Shown: piece by piece, positions 58,148-64,000 of the stretch
How positions within the stretch are numbered: position 1 is the stretch's first letter
Layout: every line of letters starts with the position of its first letter
Assembly (NCBI GenBank): GCA_963744145.1
Contig: CAVUSO010000001.1
Span: 4,704,001-4,768,000 of the forward strand
Source of the DNA: an uncultured cyanobacterium
GTDB taxonomy: Bacteria; Cyanobacteriota; Cyanobacteriia; Cyanobacteriales; CAWUOF01
Direction of reading: 5' to 3'
Length of the DNA: 64,000 nt
Translations under genes and position numbers: made by a program
Notes under the pieces: model-generated
The model's input: only the letters and a program-made list of their open reading frames with translations
Told to the model about the DNA's origin: nothing
Databases searched by the model: none

Positions 58148-60151
58148 TTAATTATTGATCGAACTCAAACGTTGACGTGCGTTAATTTTCCAAATATCTA
58201 ATTCTGGCAGTCTCCAATTTATTCCTTGAGTTTTATGATCGCTTTGGTTATATTTGAGAAAATTTTCATAATAAACTAATGCTTCTTGGATATTTCCTTG
58301 AGCCTCCTTCACTTGTGCCAAAAGATAATGTGTTGGTGAATAAACCTGATTTAACTCCAGGGATTTTAAAAGCTGTAACTCAGCTTCATTATAGCGATTT
58401 TCAAGAAAATAAGCCCACCCCAAATTTTTGGACAAAGCTGCTAAAACTAGATCATCTTTGACTTTTCCTAAAATCGGCAATATCAGATTAATTGATGTCT
58501 CTAGATTTCCAGAGATAATTTCCAACCGAGCTAAATTACTAATAGCAGCATAAGCCCCTCGATTATTAAATTTGGCAGCAATTTGATAGTGATTTATTGC
58601 CTTAGCTAAATCTTGCAACTGTTCATAAGTAGCTCCTAGGTTATAGTGAGCTGGAGCTAAGTCAGGATTAAATCTAATCGCTTGGCTTAAGTAATATTTA
58701 GCAGTTTGAAACTCTCCAGCTAAATAATTTTTATGACCAACTTGATTAAAATATTTAGCAAGCAATTGATGAGTTATGTATTGTTTTATTTCTGGATTTA
58801 GAGTAAAAATATCTTCTACTTCTGGAGAATCTTTTACTAAAAACTCTTCCCTAATCAGTGACTCTAAAGCAGGTTGCAAATCAGACATTTCTCCCGCAAC
58901 AGATAGATTTGATTTTAAATCATTGCAACTAACTGGTTTATTTTTTAAGGCTAAATAACAGAGGATGTAATTCTCTATATCTGATAAATCAGCACTGTTT
59001 TTTTGCAAAAAATCTCGCAGGATATTCTGGATAATTAAAGTAGCTTGCTGGATAAATTGGGTGAAATTTCCTGAAAATATGTGATCAAAGTTAGTGGTGA
59101 CTATTTTTAAAAGTAAAGGATTATTACCATAGAGTTGGAGTAACTCAGAAAATAGACTATTTTCCGGACTACTCGAGAACCTTTTGGCTGAATAGATAAT
59201 TTTTTCGACGCTTTGCTCATCTAAGCCATTTAATGGTAATACTTTAATCTTGGAGTTTTCTGTGGTGATAAAAATAAGTTCTGGGTGGAGATACCAACTG
59301 ATAAGTAATAAACAACTTTGATGGGGTGATGTTACTATTTGGTGAAATAGCTCTGCATAATTTTCGTATCCTTGTTGATAGCAATTACTACTTTGAAGAA
59401 TGCTATCAACTTGATCTAATATTACCAAACACCGTGCCGAACTTAGGTATTTGAGTAATAAACCGATTCTGGTTTCCGTATTCTCTAGTAAGTCGGTTTC
59501 TGGTTGGGGAGATAGGAATTTAAGTAAATCGTTTAAAATATCTGACATCAATGGGCGTTCTTTGAGCGATCGCCAAATGCAATAATCAAACTCACCTTGA
59601 ATTTCTTGTACTGTCCTTACAGCCAAGGTGGTTTTACCAATTCCTCCTATTCCTAATAGTGCTACCAATCGGTAAGCATCCTTAACTATATATTGTTTTA
59701 AAACGGTAAATTCAGGATTACGACCATAAAAAATAGGGACATCAGGTGCATCACCCCAATCTATCCGGGGGTTGATTTTCGCGATCGCTGTTTCTGGGTA
59801 ACTACCTTTACTAATAGATGGGGTAACATCCTCAATAGTAGACTGTACTGGATCAGGTTGAGCAGAAATCCCATCACTAGCTGTACCATTAGTAAAATTA
59901 GTAACCTGTCGTTGGTATTGAGAAAGGAGGATTTGCTGTAATTTAGCCAATTTTCCTGGTCCTCGTCCCCTAATCTCAAATTTCTTGTAAACCTCACCTA
60001 GTCTTTTCTGAAGCGCTTCTTTACTGATATCCAATTCTTTAGCGATCGAGTGCATGGGTTGACCTTTGAGGGCTCTGGAAAGAGCTTCAAATTCGCTGTC
60101 GGAAACACGAAAATTTCTAGCTAGATTTTTTAAAAAGTTTTGGGGAATCAT
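58148..60151 (-). CDS. HTH - NB-ARC - TPR protein
   Basis: N-terminal HTH (IAKELDISKEALQKRLGEVYKKF), DWGDAPDVPIFYGR, Walker A GIGGIGKTT, GNNPLLL and C-terminal TPRs. Confidence 0.88.
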   Translation of the reverse strand: MIPQNFLKNLARNFRVSDSEFEALSRALKGQPMHSIAKELDISKEALQKRLGEVYKKFEIRGRGPGKLAKLQQILLSQYQRQVTNFTNGTASDGISAQPDPVQSTIEDVTPSISKGSYPETAIAKINPRIDWGDAPDVPIFYGRNPEFTVLKQYIVKDAYRLVALLGIGGIGKTTLAVRTVQEIQGEFDYCIWRSLKERPLMSDILNDLLKFLSPQPETDLLENTETRIGLLLKYLSSARCLVILDQVDSILQSSNCYQQGYENYAELFHQIVTSPHQSCLLLISWYLHPELIFITTENSKIKVLPLNGLDEQSVEKIIYSAKRFSSSPENSLFSELLQLYGNNPLLLKIVTTNFDHIFSGNFTQFIQQATLIIQNILRDFLQKNSADLSDIENYILCYLALKNKPVSCNDLKSNLSVAGEMSDLQPALESLIREEFLVKDSPEVEDIFTLNPEIKQYITHQLLAKYFNQVGHKNYLAGEFQTAKYYLSQAIRFNPDLAPAHYNLGATYEQLQDLAKAINHYQIAAKFNNRGAYAAISNLARLEIISGNLETSINLILPILGKVKDDLVLAALSKNLGWAYFLENRYNEAELQLLKSLELNQVYSPTHYLLAQVKEAQGNIQEALVYYENFLKYNQSDHKTQGINWRLPELDIWKINARQRLSSINN

Positions 60152-60542
60152 TGTAATAAGCTACTACATAAGTAATATAAACAGCTATTTTACCTAAAAT
60201 TTCTCGCGATCGAGGAGTACGCTCTTCTCCCAGAGAAATTCCTCAGTTATTTTCAATTGTAATGGTTTTTTCTCATTTTAATCAGTATGACAGAAGTATT
60301 TATCTTGATTAACCATAGATTTTTTGCTAGAGTAAAACTCTTGTCCATAAATAAATACCACCATATTCGAGCCGAAGGAGATAAATAACCAATCCCTTTG
60401 GGTGATTAACTCATTTTTAATGAGATTTTTTTCTCAGATAGTTGACATTTGCGGAAAAAGCAGTTAGGCTTATCTCAGTTAGAGCAGAAGCAGTGGTCGG
60501 ACTAGTGTCCTCTAGCAGACCAGAAACTTTCTTGTGTGTGTC

Positions 60543-60575
60543 TGCATAATTTTTTGGCGTTGCCCTGGTTAATAG
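60543..60575 (+). promoter_or_regulatory. Bipartite motif TGCATAA-N17-GGTTAATAG, copy B
   Basis: Identical boxes and 17-nt spacer, upstream of the gene at 60671. Confidence 0.6.
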
Positions 60576-60670
60576 TTGGAAGTTTAGATTAAGGAAGATG
60601 TACAGAAATATGCTGTTCCTAAACAGGAAGTTAGAAAAATGCGATCGCGAGGTTCACACAGGAGTAAACT

Positions 60671-61021
60671 TTGATTAAGTTTGTTGGACAAGTCGAATTA
60701 CGCAACCGTCGTTGCGTTTATTATCAGGATAATTCTTACAGAGTAGAGCAAGTCAATCCAAATAGAGAACAAGTAACTTACTCTTATGATATTCCTGACA
60801 CAGCGGTTGAGTATCTATACAATGAATTAAAAGGTTGTAAAGTTACAAAAACAGATGCTGCTAGGGTTCTTCAACGAGTTGCGATCAGCTTGGAACTTCC
60901 ATTTACTCACGGCTGGAAACTTGACTATTACGCTCAGGAAGCATTAATAGTTCTGGTAGCATTAGGTAAAGCACGTTTAAGTCAAGAATACCGAAGTTAC
61001 TTTTACACCATTGTCTCCTGA
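60671..61021 (+). CDS. Hypothetical protein
   Basis: SD AGGAG before a TTG start, 116-aa ORF. Confidence 0.7.
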   Translation: MIKFVGQVELRNRRCVYYQDNSYRVEQVNPNREQVTYSYDIPDTAVEYLYNELKGCKVTKTDAARVLQRVAISLELPFTHGWKLDYYAQEALIVLVALGKARLSQEYRSYFYTIVS

Positions 61022-61039
61022 TTTGGTTTTCCAAAAACT

Positions 61040-61072
61040 TGCATAATTTTTTGACCTGATCCTGGTTAATAG
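61040..61072 (+). promoter_or_regulatory. Bipartite motif TGCATAA-N17-GGTTAATAG, copy C
   Basis: Identical boxes and spacer. The upstream flank CTGATTT..TTTTCCAAAAA is shared with copy A. Confidence 0.6.
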
Positions 61073-61143
61073 TTAGAAGTTCGGAGTTGAAAATTTAAAA
61101 CTCAGACATCCCGTCAGTCAACACATAAATATTGAGGTATAAA

Positions 61144-63318
61144 ATGTTTAATATCCCAGCTACTTTTGGTGCAGTTATAACAGAGCTTAGAGAATACAGA
61201 GGTTTAAGTAAATCCCAATTGGCAGAAAAATTTAATATTGATGAGGATATAATTGACCAGATTGAGTCTGGAGAATTACCAAGTATTTCCGACGCTGAAG
61301 ATATTTTAAATAAAATAGGGGTTGAAGATTTAAACAGTCTTGAAAAATTTACCAATCAAAATTATGAAATTTTACCAAGACCACCTTTTTATCATCCTGA
61401 TCGAGATGCTCTATACTTAGCAGAATTAACTCTTCGCAAAATTAGAGATTTTCGTCATCAGCAAAAAGAACCACCTAGACTACTTGACCAACGAGCAGAA
61501 ATGCTTGAAAAGAGGCTTAAAGAAACACTTTCCGATCATCTTTATCCATTGAACTATTCTATCGCCTATATTGGACAAATTGGTGTTGGAAAAACTACTG
61601 CTATCTGCCAACAATACGGCTTAATATCTGAGGAAACAGATAAATTTTTATTAGAAACTGGAGGAGGAGGTACGACTATTTGTGAAGTTAGAATTAAGCA
61701 AGGAAATCAATATTCTATTTATGTGGAATCTATAGAACAGAAAGAAATATATGAACTATCAAAAAGTCTTTGTGCAAGTTTTAGTCAAAATTTACCACAA
61801 AACCAGTCTCAAGGTGTTTCTAAAGAAATAGAAAGAGCTTTACGTAATATGGCTAAAGTTATAAAACCCAAACCTCCAAAATCTCCAAAATCTCCAAAAT
61901 CTTCAAAATCAACTTCTCAGCAACTACATAACAATAATAATATAACTCAAAAACCAATAGAAGATCCATTAAAACAGCTTGCAGAAAGCTCAGGAAATTT
62001 TGAGAAATTATGTGGAGAATTTATAGAAAAATTATCTCTATGGAAAAGAACTCAAACAGAAATATTTTATGATGAATCAGATAAAATATCAGGTTGGAAA
62101 TGGTTACAAACGAACTTTAAAAATATTAACAATGGACGAGATGAACGTTTTTCATTACCTAAATTAATAACTATCACTGTACCAAACGATGCACTGAATA
62201 TATCCACTATTTACAAATTTGAGATAATTGACACTAAAGGAATTGATCAAACTGTTATTCGTCCCGATCTTCAAAATTGTATTAACGATAGTAAAACGCT
62301 TATAATTCTATGTTCGCCTTTTAATACTGCCCCTTGTCCATTAGCAGTTCAAAAAATTATTAGTGAGTTGAATGAAACTGGACGCTCAAATGCTTTGAAA
62401 GAAAGAGTTAATATTTTGGTATTGCCAAGAACAGGTGAAGCGATCAATATGAGAAGTGATGATGGTGAGCAGACGGAGGATGATGATGATGGTTACAGAA
62501 TGAAATCTGAACAGATAGAACTGGCACTTAGACGTATTAATACAAATCATATACCTCCTATACATTTTTTTAATTATAGTTCAGACGACCCCGATGATTT
62601 TAATGAATTCATTATTGATAATTTATTAAAATTTCGACAAAAAAAGATTGATATTATTAATGAAACGGATAGTGATATAGATAGTTTAATACAAAATCAA
62701 GAAGAAGAGTATTATAGAGCATCTTGGGAACAGGTAACAAGAAGAATAGAAAATTTCATAGAACGACATTCTGAATTACCTCATGATAATTGGAGAATCG
62801 AACAAGATTTACTTTCTGCAATTGTAGAAACTCACCCTAGAACACTATGGGCATCAATGCGACGCAGAGGTGAAGAATACTTATACGTTTATGACCTGCT
62901 TAATAATAGTGCAAGAAAAGAAGCTGTTAAATGCACTAACAATATATTAAATCGTTTAGATGAGCTAGTGCAGGATATGCTTGGAGATAACGAATTGCAA
63001 CCAGTACATCAATTCCTTAGAGGTTTAAATGTTTTTATTGATCTTGGTCGTAATAATTTTTTAAACGCAGTTGAAATAATCACATCTCAAGTTTTTCGTG
63101 ATGAGCTGTATAATGATGATTGTATTTGGGATGAATGTTGTGGGCTATGGGGACAAGGAAGAGGATTTCGAGATAGAATTAAAGAAAAATTTTATTATTG
63201 GTTTACAAATTATGATCATATATATCTTTATGATAATTTAAAGTCTGCTATCAATAACAGTTGGAAAAACAAATTTTTAAATGAGCTTCAGAAAAAAGTA
63301 GAACTTTTCCAAGAGTAA
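61144..63318 (+). CDS. XRE-HTH fused to a dynamin-like/TRAFAC GTPase
   Basis: HTH LREYRGLSKSQLAEK..IDQIESG, G1 GQIGVGKTT, G2-like TTICEV, G3 IIDTKG and a helical C-terminus. GAGG precedes ATG 61144. Confidence 0.75.
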   Translation: MFNIPATFGAVITELREYRGLSKSQLAEKFNIDEDIIDQIESGELPSISDAEDILNKIGVEDLNSLEKFTNQNYEILPRPPFYHPDRDALYLAELTLRKIRDFRHQQKEPPRLLDQRAEMLEKRLKETLSDHLYPLNYSIAYIGQIGVGKTTAICQQYGLISEETDKFLLETGGGGTTICEVRIKQGNQYSIYVESIEQKEIYELSKSLCASFSQNLPQNQSQGVSKEIERALRNMAKVIKPKPPKSPKSPKSSKSTSQQLHNNNNITQKPIEDPLKQLAESSGNFEKLCGEFIEKLSLWKRTQTEIFYDESDKISGWKWLQTNFKNINNGRDERFSLPKLITITVPNDALNISTIYKFEIIDTKGIDQTVIRPDLQNCINDSKTLIILCSPFNTAPCPLAVQKIISELNETGRSNALKERVNILVLPRTGEAINMRSDDGEQTEDDDDGYRMKSEQIELALRRINTNHIPPIHFFNYSSDDPDDFNEFIIDNLLKFRQKKIDIINETDSDIDSLIQNQEEEYYRASWEQVTRRIENFIERHSELPHDNWRIEQDLLSAIVETHPRTLWASMRRRGEEYLYVYDLLNNSARKEAVKCTNNILNRLDELVQDMLGDNELQPVHQFLRGLNVFIDLGRNNFLNAVEIITSQVFRDELYNDDCIWDECCGLWGQGRGFRDRIKEKFYYWFTNYDHIYLYDNLKSAINNSWKNKFLNELQKKVELFQE

Positions 63319-63519
63319 ATATGCGGCATCGCAAAGATCCCATTACTGATTGAAGTTAGCGATCACAAATAGATAAATTCCCTAGAAAATCTGCGGCACT
63401 GAGGCAAATCAAATTGACAATGACGCAATTAGAAAAATGCGATCGCTCGTACTCTTGACAGAAGCTATCACTCAGTGTGATAAACTAGAACTAGAAGCAG
63501 GATTAATTCACAATGTTCT

Positions 63520-63554
63520 TTGACACTCCCACCTCTAAAGGGGATGGAATTCTT
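63520..63554. mobile_element. Possible IS200/IS605-type end hairpin remnant
   Basis: TTGACACTCCCACCTCTAAAGGGGATGGAATTCT: TTGAC followed by an imperfect hairpin, fused to the truncated xisH. Confidence 0.5.
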
Positions 63555-63589
63555 AAGAGATTTCGCTCTTAGTATCCCTATTGCTATGC

Positions 63590-63807
63590 TCATGTATGAT
63601 TTTCATGCCGCTCTCGGTCAATACATTGTATACCGAAATCTCATTCAACTTACCGCGACCGAATATATGTTATATTTGGCAATTGATGATGTCGTATACA
63701 AAGAGTTCTTTCAACGTAAGGCTGTACAAGTAGTTACTCATCAGAATCAGCTTCTTTTAATAGTAGTTGAAATGGAAAAAGAGGAAATTAGGCAATGGAT
63801 AAATTAG
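63590..63807 (+). pseudogene. xisH: XisH-family protein, 5' truncated
   Basis: YDFHAALGQYIVYR...LYLAI...EEIRQWIN. The N-terminus and the EIKSF catalytic motif are absent. Confidence 0.8.
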
Positions 63808-63992
63808 AATACTATCGCAGCTACATTACTATGTATCTTCGCATTAAAAATGGCAAAATTTGGGTTGAAGAAGATTGGACGGATTTGGGTGTAGTTGACG
63901 ATTTATTAGCAGCAGAAATTCCTCAGAGTGATATAGTTTTAGAATTTCATCATCCCAGTAAACGACCTTTCACAGAATTTGCTACAGCTTGA
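63795..63992 (+). pseudogene. xisI: XisI-family protein with an internal deletion
   Basis: MDKLEYYR..I joins directly to LRIKNGKIWVEEDWT...IVLEFHHPSKR. Only 65 aa. Confidence 0.8.
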
Positions 63993-64000
63993 TGAGAAAC

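Noticed and set aside
1..64000. Frequent GCGATCGC octamers as a novel repeat
   Set aside because: This is HIP1, well known in cyanobacteria.

Overview
AT-rich cyanobacterial DNA (HIP1 octamer GCGATCGC throughout). Housekeeping or ordinary genes (cobA/hemD, NfsA-type nitroreductase, hpnA, RND transporter, MASE1 hybrid kinase, SLH-GHL10 hydrolase, GGCT) are mixed with a dense conflict/signalling accessory set. That set includes two tandem NTPase-GUN4 genes (the complete one has an N-terminal CHAT domain), a NACHT-HEAT protein, two sigma-like/DUF1822/TPR-CHAT modules (three TPR-CHAT genes), an HTH-NB-ARC-TPR gene facing a small secreted peptide, an HTH-GTPase, VapBC, Rpn, Uma2, an IS701 remnant and many MITE/REP elements. 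The best candidate for an undescribed system is at the 3' ends of the two GUN4-domain genes. Each ends in an unrelated, almost C-free G/T-rich tract of different length, followed by a conserved DNA motif that the two paralogs read in different frames, with stops in all three frames. A conserved non-coding element and a convergent RAYT/Y1-transposase remnant follow. This suggests a tail-diversification system with no reverse transcriptase in the window. Second candidate: CHAT-protease-gated sigma modules, with a repeated bipartite motif (TGCATAA-N17-GGTTAATAG) that may be their promoter. No rRNA, tRNA or CRISPR array was seen. Family calls come from motif recognition only; no searches were run.
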